Positions 1-12,666 of a stretch of DNA of 64,000 nucleotides are shown here, piece after piece (the stretch's first letter is position 1; every line of letters starts with the position of its first letter). The notes beneath the pieces were generated by a model that ran no database searches, was not told the DNA's origin, and saw nothing but the letters and a program-made list of their open reading frames with translations. The stretch is taken from NCBI RefSeq assembly GCF_009914755.1, contig NC_060940.1; one strand, given 5' to 3'. Source of the stretch: the human T2T-CHM13v2.0 reference genome, Homo sapiens. A program made the position numbers and the translations under genes.

Positions 1-118
<118 letters not shown>

Positions 119-261
119 TTAATATTTGAGAATTTTTTCTAATCATATATTGTATGTGGCTTTTCGTTAAAATATTCTAATTTATTTGTAGAAATAAAAT
201 TATAATTTCTGAGTCAAACTTCTGTTGAAGTTTTGGGACTGGTGACTAGGAGATTCTATGA

Positions 262-385
262 TATAGGAAGCTTTTAACTACAAGTAAGAAAAACGTATTA
301 ATAGTGTATTAAATCATGAGATGTGTCTACCTAATATAACAGAGTCCAGAAGTGTGGTGGCTCCAGGGCTGGTTGACTCAGGGAC
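262..385 (-). mobile_element. Old MaLR LTR fragment (MLT1-type)
   Basis: Degenerate GGAAGCTTTTAACTACAAGTAAGAAAA...TCCAGGGCTGGTTGACTCA resembles an MLT1 terminus. Confidence 0.35.
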
Positions 386-1092
386 AGGGACTGCACACAG
401 CATCAGTATCACCACTCTTGTGCCCTTGGGAGACATTATCCATCAACCACAATCTTCTTTCTGTTCAGCCCAAACTCATCTTCAGAACCTTTCTTAACTA
501 GAGGCTTTAAGAAGCTATTGTCAACCAACTGGAATTAGCAAGCCATGCTAAAGCTATTCTTTTCTGATTCAGACTCCTTCTTGCCCAGTGAATCAATAAT
601 TGGGAAGCACCTGCCATGCCTTCAGCTCTCCTGACAACAAAAGTGGTTGGAAATACAAGAGAAGCAGAGTAAATGGCCTCTCCCCTGAACAGGCTGAAAT
701 CTTGCTGGAGAAACAAAATATAGATACATGAAACAATGAAGGAACTTATTTTAAAACTGCACTAGGGCAGATAATAAAGAACAAATTCTCTACACCATTG
801 GTAAAGAGATACACTCTAAAGGGATAATTTGGGAGTTAACCGGTTTGGTTTGGTTTCGTTTTGGTTTTTGACCTGGGTCTTGCAACATTCTTATTAGGAA
901 TACCTCTACTACTCACTAGGAAATGTCTTGCATTGATTTCACTTTATTATTCTATTCATAACCTGTCTGCTCAAAGCTAGAAAACTTCTGACAATATACA
1001 GGCTTTTTCTTTAATAGAAAAAAATATAATTTGTGGAATACTCTTTTTGCTCAGTCATTAATAGGATGATATTAGTGTTTACTGTGTTGTAG

Positions 1093-1130
1093 CTTTTTTG
1101 TTTTGTTTTGTTTGTTTTTGTTTTTGTTTT
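1093..1130. repeat. (TTTTG)n simple repeat
   Basis: Seen directly. Confidence 0.85.
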
Positions 1131-2124
1131 CCCAGAATTCTCCTCAGGCCATGATGACAAAGATAATTTTAGGTGTACTGTATATTTGTTGTTGTTTATA
1201 TTCATCCCCAAAGGTAATTCTTCTAACATATTTAATTTTGTACAATGTGTTTTAAATAATTTCTGCTGTCTTCCTCCAGCTGCTTCATAAGTTAGATAAA
1301 AACTTGATTCACGGTCTTTATTTCAAGTTTCAGGTTTTGCACTTTGCATCAAATTTTGTTAAAGAAACAACTCCCTGCATTGGAATTTGAAAACACCACT
1401 CAGGGAAATCTCAACTGTGCTGCAGTATTTTAAAATAAGAGGTGTATGCAATGATGTTTAACAAGAGAAAGAGCTCATTTAAGGAGACTCGGAAATGATC
1501 ATTTTCTTGGGTATCTGTTACAGCTAATTCTCAGCAAAGGGGCCAAGCAGAAGTCCTCCAACATTTAGAGACAGGACAGAAGATTACCAGGGAAAGGCAT
1601 GGCTGAATCTGGAATTACGGGCAAATTAAGAAAACTCAAAATTAATGGCAGAGTGAAAAATTCAGTCATCACAAATTCTCAGACTCATGTGGCCAAGAAT
1701 CACTCCTGTGACCTACAGACCCTTATACATCATCGGCACCCACCATCGCTGCACAAACATTACCTTTGTAGGGCTGTTGCTCCCCAGCCCTCCCCTATAT
1801 CCTTGCTTCAAGTCAGCATATGCCCCCACCGCCCCCCCATCTACTTGCTCTGATGTTGCCCAACCAGTCTTTGGTTTTGATTTATAACATAATCGATAAG
1901 AAATTGCAAGTCATTTTTTTTTCTACTTCTACAACTTAATCTTTAAAATTCTTTGGCGATTTCATAATTTTCTAAATTTAAAATTGTTTTTTCCTAATAG
2001 TATTCCATATTAATTTGGCCAATAAAGGCAAGTAACATAAAGAGCTTTAGGAAATCCTGACAGAATATCATTTTATCACAATGAATAAAATAGAACAGGT
2101 TTCAATTAAATGTTAACAAAAAGA

Positions 2125-2560
2125 TTTTTTTCTTATTATAAAATCAAGACATGCTCATTGCAATAAATTCAGACAGCATTCAAAAGTATAAGGAGGAATT
2201 TCAAAGTCATCTTCAATCTCCCGGAATAACCACTGTTAACATATTAGGGTGTCTCAACAGAGACCCTTTCACATGCATGTACCCACACGTGTATTTTCAG
2301 TAAAATAGGATCAAGCATATATGATTCCTTGCTTTTTTCCACTCAATAATATACCACGGTCATTTTTTTTCTATGTCAGTAAGCATAGATTTCAATAACT
2401 GTATTAAATACTGCACAATATTCCACCATATTGATGTACCAAAATGTACTTTTCTAGCCTTATGTGATTGATCACATAGAGCAATTCCAGTATTTCAATA
2501 TTATAAACCAGCCTGCTATGAGCATACACCTGGCATCCTTACCCATTTGTGGCCTAGATG
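2125..2560 (-). mobile_element. Ancient L1 (L1ME/MC) 3' region
   Basis: AACCACTGTTAACA, TTTTTCCACTCAATAATATA, ATTCCACCATATTGATGTACC and TTCCAGTATTTCAATATTATAAAC are typical of antisense L1ME 3' ends. Confidence 0.65.
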
Positions 2561-3959
2561 ATTTTTGCAAAATCACAATAATAGTTCTTCAGTTCTGCCT
2601 GTTAATAAACCTTTCATGGTCACCATTCTCTCTGGATATTATGGGTGACAGTGCCTGATGCAGACCCAGTAGCTGTGAATGCAGGGTGACTAAAGGAGAG
2701 ACATTCCTACACACCACCTTGGCTGAGGATGTCAAGAGCAATAGGATCAGGGCCTTTAAGGATTTCTTCAAGTGTTTATACAAAACACTCCCTAGGGCTC
2801 CAGACATAGCTGGGAGACTGGAGGGTGGGAAGCTGAAAATCTTCCCTGTCTTGATAAAGGTAGCTCAGAGAAAGACTATTATTGGTTTCTATTAATGTAA
2901 CTGACTTCTGAGCTGTCAGGAGGCAAGCTTGCATTTTAGAGCAAATGAATAAATGCGTTTTGGATGCACTACTAACAAAGGGACCGGCTTATTTTAAATT
3001 CTCCCCAGAAACAAAACAAATAAAGATAAAGTCTCAGAATCATCACTTTCAGATGCCAGCTCAGAGACCACCTGGAGAAACCTCACTGTCTCTCAGCAGT
3101 TCCCTGGCCTGCTGCTTAGAAACCACCAGAATCAGGAACAGCCACCGCCAGAGAACAGCTTCATCCATTATCCGATGCTGCCTCCTTCTGCCGGCCATTA
3201 GCAGGTGAACCTTTTTTCCCCCAAAGGAGCACTATTGCTGACTTCCAGTGTATGTAGCCAGGGTTTTAGGAGTGTGGCTGCAGGGGCTGACGGAGCTCCG
3301 CAGCCATGACCACTCCCTGTTAGGGAAAAACTTCAAAGCCATGGTGCTGGCTTTTCTCCTTATGATGAATGGGCAGCATGGCAGTGTGTTTTGTTATGCC
3401 AACACCATCATAAACGGCTTTAATAATTGCCTCAAACTCTCTGAAATCAGTTGTTTCTACAATTAATGACTGATTTCACAGGGCATTAACCATCCCTAGC
3501 AATAGTTCATTAACTGCTGGCGAGTGGGAAGCCATTGTTGGACGGTACTGATGCTGCCTTCAGAAGATTTGCCGATGGTGAGCAGGGACATGTGCCCAGA
3601 GGAAAATAACAATGAAGGTAGCTTTTCTGAGCACTTGGAGTCACAGTGCAGGGTGGTGGATGTCAGCAAGATACTTGTAATATCTCAGCTCCAGCCTTAA
3701 GCTGTGGCAAGAAAGCCAAGAAGCAAGACAACAGAGCTGAGAGCTAACCCAGAGAGGACTGTGCTGTCTACTGCAAATGGTCTAGAGTCTGCCCTATCTC
3801 CAAGCTCCTGTGATAAGGGAAGGTGAGGATCCATGGAGGATGATAGCAGGAGGTTTGAACAATGAATGGGGAAAGTGATAATCTGATTGTAAAGACCAAT
3901 AGCCCTCTCTCCAGCACAGGACTTGAGCTTCATGAGAGCTGGCAGCAGGCCTTCTTCTC

Positions 3960-4032
3960 CTCACCAAAGCATCTCCAAGGCCTAGACCAGTGCTGTCATG
4001 TGATAAGTGCTCAATAAGTATGTGTTGCATGA
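3960..4032 (+). mobile_element. L2 3' end, interrupted by an Alu (resumes about 4476-4494)
   Basis: GTGCTCAATAAGTATGTGTTGCATGA, then TTGTTGAATGAATGA after the Alu. Confidence 0.65.
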
Positions 4033-4326
4033 GGCCTAGGCACGGTGGCTCACACCTGTAATCCCAGCACTTTGAGAGGCTGAGGCAGGCAGACTGTGTG
4101 AGCCCAGGAGTTCGAGACCAGCCTGGCCAACATGGCAAAACCTTGTCTTTACTAAAAATACAAAAATTAGACAGTCGTGGTGGTGTGTGCCTATAATCCC
4201 AGCTCGTGGGAAGGCTGAGGCACAAGAGTCACCTGAATCCAGGAGGCACAGGTTGCAATGATGCAGTGAGCCGAGATCATGCCACTGCATTCCAGCCTGG
4301 GTGACAGAGCAAGACCAGTCTCAAAA
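4033..4326 (+). mobile_element. AluJ-like element
   Basis: Full dimer starting GGCACGGTGGCTCACACCTGTAATCCCAGC, with GAGCCCAGGAGTTCGAGACC (J-type). Confidence 0.93.
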
Positions 4327-4327
4327 T

Positions 4328-4358
<31 letters not shown>

Positions 4359-4442
4359 ATTTATATAATATATAATTATAATATATAATTACACATATTT
4401 ATGTTTATATATTACATACATATATTATATATTATATATTAT

Positions 4443-4475
<33 letters not shown>
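4327..4475. repeat. (TA)n/(TG)n compound microsatellite in place of the Alu tail
   Basis: Seen directly. Confidence 0.9.
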
Positions 4476-4859
4476 TCATTGTTGAATGAATGAAGAAACT
4501 AGAGACAGAGAGAAGTTCAAGACCAGAGCAAGACATCCCGGTTCAGAACAGAAACCTAGACCTGAAGGGAAAGAGAGACAAACCCCTATTTCTGAAGGAG
4601 GCCAAAAGGAGACCTAGAATAGGCCCAAGTTACAGATCATCTGCCTTTGAGGTTCAACTTTCTAAGGGCTCTATGCTCAGTCAAGATCATCTTGGAAATC
4701 AGACAAGCTCAGAGATGGCCCACACAATGCATCTACGGGAAAACAGGACTGGGAAGGTAACTGTTTCTTCCCCAAGTGGTGTGTGCTCTCAGACGGCCAA
4801 CAGGGCCACCATCTTAGTCCCTGGAATGACTCCTTTGGCCTCATCATAAACTCTTCTCT

Positions 4860-5260
4860 TTCCTCTGCTTTCTAGCCCACTGGCTTCCTCTTGGCTCCTC
4901 CCATATATCGCGATTTTTCCCACCCCTAGGCCTCTACACACGCTGCTCTCTCTGGATCTAGTGTGTTTCCCTCTCCTTTTTGGTTCAATCGATCCCTACC
5001 CATCCCTCAGGCCTGGCTCCATCATGCTGCCACAGTGAAATCTCCCGACCACTGGAGGTGCTCCCAGCACCAGGCATCCCTTCTGCACTGTTGCAGTCTG
5101 TCAGTGCCCTGTTGCTGTTTGGTCAAGACTCATCCTCCAAGGCTGTAAACTTCAGATACCCACATGCATCACATTCATCATTGTTTCCCCAGTGTCTAAC
5201 ACAGTGCCTGGAATGCAGTGGGTTTTCAATACATATTTTTTAAATGAATAAATGCTGATG
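4860..5260 (+). mobile_element. L2 fragment
   Basis: CCCAGTGTCTAACACAGTGCCTGG...TCAATACATATTTTTTAAATGAATAAATG is an L2 3' end. Confidence 0.65.
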
Positions 5261-6029
5261 AATGAGGTCCTTTATTTTCCAGTGGGCAACTAGATCAGAA
5301 TAAATGCACTGGAGGAATTTGTCAAGTCCTCCAGCAATGAGATGTCTTCACAGTGCACACCTTTGACCATCTTGGGGAATGCAAAGCAGAGGAAACAACA
5401 GCAATGATCAAAGCAAATCTTGGGCAGAACTGGCCCATTTTCCTCCTCTGTGTTTTCCTTTGCCTACTCAGGCTAAAACAGCACATTTCCTGGGAGGCTG
5501 GGTATCTTTACAGATGAATTCACCACTTTCAAGCATTTGACAAGGGTTGACTTGTTCTCATCTCAGTTGACACCCTGATGCTGGATCTCATAGGTCTCTG
5601 GCCTAAAAAAAAAAAAATACACTGGAAACATCTCAAATCCTTCTGAAAATTAAATTGGAATCCATCGACCTAATCTCTATCATGGGCATTATAAATCATT
5701 TTTAAGATTACTATGTTTGTTTTTGTTTTTGTTTTTATTTTTGTTTGTGCCTCTTAAAAATAGAAACAAGAAGAAATATGCCTCAGGGAAGGCTCACAGG
5801 GCCGACTGGGACCATTGGAGCTTTGTCATCGGAGGCTCCACTCGGGGCTGAAGGGGCTGGGATTAGGGGAAAAACCAGCAAATGAGCTCAGAAAGGCAGG
5901 AACAAAAGCTGAAAGAGATGATCTCACCTCATAGCGCCAAAGGAACAAAGCTCCCACCCAGCCCCCTAGGATGTTGCTTCAGTTTGGTCCCAGCCTTTGT
6001 AACCAAAGCTTAACGGTTTACGCGGGTGA

Positions 6030-6180
6030 CGTGCAAGGCACTTTCACATTCATTAACTCATTTGATCCTCATAACTGGGGGAGGTGAGCAGGGCAGGGCT
6101 TACTCGGCCTCTTTCGTTAAAGGAGAAAATAAAAGCTCAGCTTTCTAGTGGCAGTGACCCAGTCAGGGCTTGACACCTAC
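6030..6180 (-). mobile_element. MIR fragment
   Basis: GCACTTTCACATTCATTAACTCATTTGATCCTCA. Confidence 0.55.
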
Positions 6181-6254
6181 TCTTTTGACCACCCCTGCCC
6201 CCTATCAGTTTCTATTGTCTCATGCAAATCTTCCTCCTAGTTTCAAAATAAAAT

Positions 6255-6980
6255 CATAATACTAGCTGATATTTACTGAGGGCTTATTATGTCATGACAT
6301 AATGACAAGGACTATATAAAAATGTTTTACATGCATTAATTTATTAAATCCTATCAATAGGATTCTGAAGGTATGTATTAGGTTCATGTAGCAGCTACAA
6401 CAAATTGTCACAAACATGGTTGCCTCAAGCAACAGAAGTCCAAAATCAGTTTCACTGGGCTGAAATCAGAATGTCAGCAGGGCTAGTTCCTTCTGGAGAC
6501 TCCAGGAAAAATCTTTTATTTGCCTCTTTCAATTTCTGGGGGCTGCTGGCATTCCTTGGCTTGTGGCCACATCACTCCAATCTCCAGGGCTAGTATCTTC
6601 AAATTTCTCTGTTTTACCTTCATCTTTACATTCCTTCACTCTGCCTCCCTCACGTAAGGACCCCTGTGATGCCATTAACAGCCCACCCTGACAATCCAAG
6701 ATAATCTCTCCATCTCAAGATTCTTAATCACATCTGCAAAGACTTTTTCCAAATAAGCTAACATTTGCAAGTTCCAGGGAATTAACATGGATATCTTTGG
6801 GGTACCATTTTCAGCCCATCACAAGTAGGTAATGTTGATATTCTCCACTTTGCAGAAAGAGGAAACTGAGGCATGGAGAGATGAAATCACAAGCCTAAGG
6901 TCACACAACTAGTACAGGTAAAACTAGGACTGCAACCCAGTCACTCTGACACTGGGGTCTGCTAAGCTGTACTGTCTTCC
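6255..6980 (-). mobile_element. MIR split by an MLT1 LTR
   Basis: Left part TATTTACTGAGGGCTTATTATG...ATTAAATCCT; right part GAGGAAACTGAGGCATGGAGAG...AAGGTCACACAACTAGT. Confidence 0.75.
6374..6823 (-). mobile_element. MaLR solo LTR (MLT1C/D-like)
   Basis: TGTATTAGG start and CAGCCCATCACA end; the reverse complement matches the MLT1 start (AAAGATATCCATG...CCTGGAAC...GAATCTTGAGATGG). Confidence 0.85.
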
Positions 6981-7419
6981 TAACTTGCCCATAACTGGGG
7001 CAATCATTTTGAAGAAACAGAATAAAAGACAACTCCAAAGAGGGTCTGAATATTTTCCCCTTGGCATTAGATTTGCAATTAGCTGTGGTTACGGCCCAGT
7101 GAAGTATGGTGTCTAGGAAGTGGGCCTTAGTCCTAGAATGTGGTCTCCTATCCACAGAGATTTTAGGCAGAATCACTCATCTGGCTTTAAATAAGCCACG
7201 TCTGAGAGGTTCTCATCTTGGGAACCATATCTTGTTTTCCAAGGAACCACTCTAAGGCATGGGCTGGTCCCCTTGCCTCAACCCCCAACATCCAGGTGCT
7301 TTGATCCAGCAGAGGTTCAGGGAGCAATCTCCATTCTAGTAGAACAGGCCAAGGAGAGGCTGGGTGTTTATGATTCCCACATGAAGAGAAATAATTTTGC
7401 TTTGGAGCTTCTTTGCTAC

Positions 7420-7596
7420 AAGCTTAGGGAGCTTACAGTCATGGCGGAAGGCTAAGGGGGAGCTGGCATATCACACGGCAAGAGTAAAAGCAAAAGAGAG
7501 AGAGAGGGAGGTCCACACACTTTTAAACAACCAGATCTCATATGAACTCTCACTTATCACCAAGGGGATGGCAATAAGCCATTCATGAGGGATCTA
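7420..7596 (-). mobile_element. MST (MSTA/B-like) LTR fragment
   Basis: GGAGCTTACAGTCATGGCGGAAGG...TTTTAAACAACCAGATCTC...CCATTCATGAGGGATC. Confidence 0.8.
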
Positions 7597-8698
7597 TATA
7601 TACAAAGTCCCACAACTCTAATACAATCATTTCCACTTCAGGTCCAAACTGGTCATGGGAATCCAAGGGTGACCCAACTTTGCAACAGCTTCTAGAAGTT
7701 TGCACCCAACTAAGAACCAATGTATGTGTGGACAGAGGTGAGAAAAGACAGAATGACACACTCAGGATTGACGGGAACCTAGGAGACCACACCCTTTGAC
7801 ACTGTCTCAGAAAGGAAGTGATTTCCTTTCCACTTCTTCACTATGGACCTAGGTACAACACACATGAAAGTGATAGTTAAAAATGGAATGAGCATGTGTA
7901 TTGACTCAACTTCAGGTCTCAGGTCCTGCACGATCGACTTCAACTGGCAACAGCTCATCTTGAATTTCCAAATATAGCTGAGCCATCAGTAGCCCAGTGT
8001 GTGCACAATGGTCTATAGGAATGGCATCTCAGAAAGGTAAATGGGGAACTGGAACATTGGGTGAGGGCAAGAAATAAGGCAATGGATTGGTAGGGGCTCA
8101 AAAACAAGTCTGGAGAAAATGTGAGTAAGGAGAGAAATAATTATTTCAGAGTTTTCTCTCCATGGCCAGAGGACCATGTATTCATGTTTTGGATGAATGT
8201 TACACACCCAAGAATCAAAAAGCCAATTTACAAAGTCTCAAGGAGTCTTTTTCAGGCTATACTGAGTTACTACAGATGACTTCAAAGAATAAAACTAAAT
8301 CACAGCAACACACTCCTCTACTCTGCCGAGTGATCACCTACAGGAGCTGGGGCCACTGCAGAGTCAGTCATTGTTTGTGGGACGGGAGTCACATGCTTTC
8401 CCCAAAGTACAAATGTGTTCCTGGAAGCCACAGCATCTCAACAGTGGAATGAAGCCCTGTCAGCACCAAAAGCTGTGGGCAAGGCACCCAGTAAAATAAT
8501 GGATTAGGATTCGAGATCAGGGTTCACATCCCTAACAGCCTCTTACAGACCCCATGCCTTCTGAGGAACCAGGGTAGCCAAAACAGAAATGAAATGAATC
8601 ACATGCCACAGTATGTTATGGAATCTTTCTGATTTCGAGTTTTCTAACCCATGCAATGGGCATACGAATCTCCACCTCGATCTTTAAGAAGTTCCTGG

Positions 8699-8837
8699 GG
8701 CCAGGCGTGGTGGTTTTTGCCTGCAATCCCAGCACCTTGGGAGGCCAAAGAAAGAGGATTGCTTGAAGCCAGGGGTTTGAGACCAGCCTGGGCAACATAG
8801 TGAGACTCCATCGCTAAAATAAAATGTTAAAAAAAAA
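8699..8837 (+). mobile_element. FLAM_C/free left Alu monomer inserted in a MIR (about 8630-8895)
   Basis: Single monomer with A-tail; degenerate TSD AAGAAGTTCCTGG / AAAAAGTTCTTAG. Confidence 0.88.
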
Positions 8838-9559
8838 GTTCTTAGGAAAAATACATATATGAGAATGCTGTGTAAACTACAATGCACTTAGACTATAGAT
8901 TTTTCAAACAAGAAAAGGATAAATAGCAGAAAAAAGATTATCTCTAAAACCAATTTCACATGTCATAAAAACACGTATTTGCTATTCTAGTATAGTTTCA
9001 TTGGAGTTCAATAAAGGGGATTTTTAAAATTAAGTCTCAGACTCATCCCTATATTCAGAGGACAATTTTATCTGTGAAAGTGAGCCACCCATCTCAGCTA
9101 GAGTTGGACCTTCTGAGTCAGCATATATGCTCACACCATAAAGCCTGCCTCTCACCCATATCCAACAATGACATCTACAATCTACTAGCTTGCAATTTCA
9201 TCCATTTTTTTTTTTACCCCAGAGCCAGGACTTAGGCAACTTTAATTGCTGGGCCTTGTTCTTGCAGAATTCAGACAACAGCCCCTGTGCCAGAAGACCC
9301 CTTGCCACTAACCACCTAGACAGTTGGGTAAGGTAGTATCAGCTCCATAGACAAGGCAAGACCGGAGACAATTCCCTTCCCCACCCCAATGAGGAGTTCT
9401 GCCTTCTGTGTTAGGATGGAGCAGAGCCCATTGTTTTCATAACATGGTGAATAACATACAGGGTATTTGTGAGAATTAGAAAAAGGGGTTTCCACTGGGT
9501 GGAAAAATTAGGAAAACATGTCCTGATCTCTGAGTAAACACAGTCCTGGACCAGTCCCC

Positions 9560-10150
9560 AGCTTGGATAAGATCCAAAGTGTTTTCTTTGGTCTACAAGG
9601 TTCTTGCCTGTTGGGTACCCATGTGCCTGGGGAAAGTCATGAAATTCCTACCCACTTTAGTCATGCAGGCCACTTGCAAACATTTGTTCTTGATTTCCCT
9701 CTGCCAGGAATGTCCTCTCTTCATCACCATCCATTTTACCTGAAAAGCTCCTGTGCATCCTTCAAGATCCAACAAAGGTAGTTCCCTAGATGAAGCCTTA
9801 TTTCTCCCATAAGTTTTTCACCACCACCCTTACTTTATTGTAAGACCAATGAAGGCAGGAACCTATCTTTTTTCCTCAGCTTTGACCCCCGCCTGCAGAG
9901 GCCAGCCCAATGCCTTACACATAGTAGCTGCTTATCCTGGTTGGTTGGATGAATGAATCAGTCTTTTAAGCCCCCATAGCACTTTGCACATATCTTGATA
10001 AGCCTCCAGTGCCCTGTGTTGGAGCATATACCACCTTGTACTATGAAAGTGAGTTATTGGAGGGGAGGGCTTGTACCTTTTGAGTTCGACATCCCCCAAC
10101 TCTTGCACAGAGCTGGGCAGAGCCCAGGCGCTCAGAATAGGCTTGTGGAC
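9560..10150 (+). mobile_element. L2 fragments (two 3' ends)
   Basis: TTCCCTCTGCCAGGAATG, TGAAGGCAGGAACC, ACACATAGTAG...GGATGAATGAAT; a second end GCACAGAGCTGGGCAGAG...GCGCTCAG. Confidence 0.6.
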
Positions 10151-12001
10151 CCAAGGTTTCCAAAGCATGGATGTAAAATAGCTGCTTCCAAATCTTTCCT
10201 TCTGAGGATCTATTCCCCTCCCCTCTCTCAGCAGAGTCAGAATAGTAAAATGAAAGGTTCATGCACCTCACAGGGGCTAAAAACTTTCCTTAGGAATGAC
10301 GACCTGCTCTGAAGGCTTCCATCTGTTCCTCCTTAGCCATGAGCCGCTGACCTTATTCTGAAGGATAGACCAGGCAGACCCCGGGACACAGAAGGCATTG
10401 CAGACAGGATTGGGTTTCCTTACTTCCCCATCTGTAAACTTTGTTGACTGTAGCTTTAAATATTTATGACCAATGCAGCAAGTTTGGCTGGAGCAGAGAA
10501 GAGCTGGTGGGGAGATCTGTTTCCCTCCAACCCGGGATGTTAGCAGAGTGCACGTTCAGCACTGTGCTCCTTCCCAAGACCGGGCGCTCCCAAATGTCAG
10601 CCCCAACCACGGTGGGTGGGGGTGACTGTGTGGGGATTTGAAATGATGGTTTTGTTCTCATCCATAAGCTATTTTTATTATTCTAAGGGATGTACTCTTG
10701 ACCCAATCATGGAACACTGACACAATGCATAAAATTGTCTCTCATCCCATCCCTCCTCAGACGGGCCCAGCCATTGTGTTAAAAGACACAAAAGGTTTGA
10801 TTGGGGCCAAAATTCCAAGTCCATGCTGAGTGGGCAGGAGAAGCTAGAAGTAGGATGCTGCAGAGAGATGATGCGTTTCCTTCTTCTTTTTTTTTTTTTT
10901 TTTTTTTTGTTGTTTAGGAAAGAGAAGAAATCTTCCAGATACGGCCTGTCCAATAGTTCCCAGCAGAAATACTGCAAGGAAGATACGTCCTGACAATCAC
11001 CACTGTTTATGCAGAATCTCTGGCAAACAGCATCCAACTCAGCGAGTTTTCAAATATGTATCACCCCACCACAATATTCACCCCCCCCACACACCATTTC
11101 CCGCTGGTGGATTTGGTTTAGGATCGTTTTCATGATTTGCACTAGTTTTTGTAAGCAACGAGAGGACCGACTCCAAGAGAAAAGCTAATCAGAGCTCTAC
11201 CCAGAGACTCTGCAATCGAAATCAGATGTGCTGAAGGAAAAAGTAATGGAAACACAGAAAGGGAAGGGCTCGCTGCTGATTTCATAGCAGAGAGGAGTAG
11301 CTGATGGAAGGGCATGGTCTCTGAGCAGAGGATCTGCAGGAATCCAGATGTGCAGTCACCCATTGTATTTATCATGCACGAGGCAGCATCTGCATAAAAC
11401 ACCAAGCATTTGTGGGACCCAAACATCAGGCAAATAAAGGGTATTTGGGGAAGAAGGTGAAATAGCAAAATGGTTTGTACTGCCTGCAAGTAGCTGTGAA
11501 GAACTATTCAAAGGGGGTGAGAGGAAACACTGTGATTCTAGCTTTGTGTCTTTCAGGCAGTTCCATAGAGCAGAGCACATCTAGTGAGAACTAGCTAAGC
11601 CACATGGTGGTAAAAACAAAACAACACAAGCAAACCAGGGAAAAGTGCACTACCACAGAGGTCATTTTTACTTCTAGATCGGTTAGTGAGGAATCTTATA
11701 GGTAAAAATGTGACTTGGAATGCAAATGATCAAGGGTCTCAAGTGGTATGAAGTCACGGAAGAAACAGGATCACCCACAACTGTGCAAGGGTGTGCCAAC
11801 AGGACAAATGGAAAAAACCAGAGGGTTCTTAAGCTTGTAAATGGTTCTGTCTTAGTCCACTCAGTAATCCCGTTAGGAACTTTTTAATCTGAAAATAAAT
11901 AAATGATTAAATTCACTTGGCCTCCAATAAATTAAATGATTGTAGCTAACTGATGGCATGAAGTTAAACCTCCAACTTAAAGGTAAAAATGCATTCAAAA
12001 A

Positions 12002-12666
12002 AATAGAAAGAATGAACAAGGCCTGCTATTTAATAGCACAACAGGGTGACTACAGTCAGTAATAACTTAACTGTACATTTTTAAATAGTCTAATTTGATT
12101 GTTTGTAACTCAAAGACTAAAAGGCTGAGGGTAATGATACCCTATTCTCCATGATGTGATTATTTCACATTGCATTGCATGCCTATATCATATCATCTCA
12201 TTGTATCTCATAAATATGTACACCTACTGATATGGTTTAGCTCTGTGTCCCCACCCAAATCTCATCTCCAGTTGTAATCCTCATGTGTCAGAGGAGAGAC
12301 AGAGACCTGGTGAGAGGTGATTGGAGCATGGGGACAGTTTCCCCCATGCTGTTTTTCTGATAATGAGTGAGTTCTCGTGAGAACTGATGGTTTTAAAAGT
12401 GTTTGGCAGTTCCATCTTCTTGATATCTCTCTCTCTCTCTCTCTCTCTCCCCTGGCACTTTGTGAAGAAGGTGCTTGCTTCTCCTTTGCCTTCTGCCATG
12501 AGTGTAAGTTTCCTGAGGCCTCCCCAGCCATGCAGAACTGTGAGTCAATTAGATCTCTTTTATTTATAAATTACCCTGTCTCAGGTAGTATCTTTTATAA
12601 CAGTGTGAAAATGGACTAATACACCTACAATGTACCCACAAAAATTAAAAATAGAAAAAAAAATTT
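12002..12666 (+). mobile_element. 5'-truncated L1MA1/2-like 3' end with 15-bp TSD
   Basis: TAGCACAACAGGGTGACTACAGTC...GTACCCACAAAAATTAAAAA; TSD AAATGCATTCAAAAA at 11987-12001 and 12667-12681. Confidence 0.9.
12228..12623 (+). mobile_element. THE1D/MSTA-like solo LTR nested in the L1MA
   Basis: TGATATGGTTTAGCTCTGTGTCCCCACCCAAATCTC...GGACTAATACA; perfect 5-bp TSD CCTAC. Confidence 0.93.

Noticed and set aside
3440-3480. Similarity of CTGAAATC and ACTGATTTC to miR-29 arms
   Set aside because: Arms are in the wrong order and the TAGCACCA seed is absent
3794-4290. ORFs with [10 protein letters not shown] / LPKCWDYR-type text (also at 26.5, 28.7, 29.5, 34, 35.2, 46.4, 50 and 51 kb)
   Set aside because: Alu-derived reading frames
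10441-10641. ORF containing FGWSREELVGRSV, reminiscent of a PAS-domain motif
   Set aside because: TTG start, no rest of the domain, no convincing flanking splice sites; likely chance
10460-10960. Three CCAAT boxes as a promoter
   Set aside because: Widely spaced, with no CpG island or clear TATA/Inr arrangement
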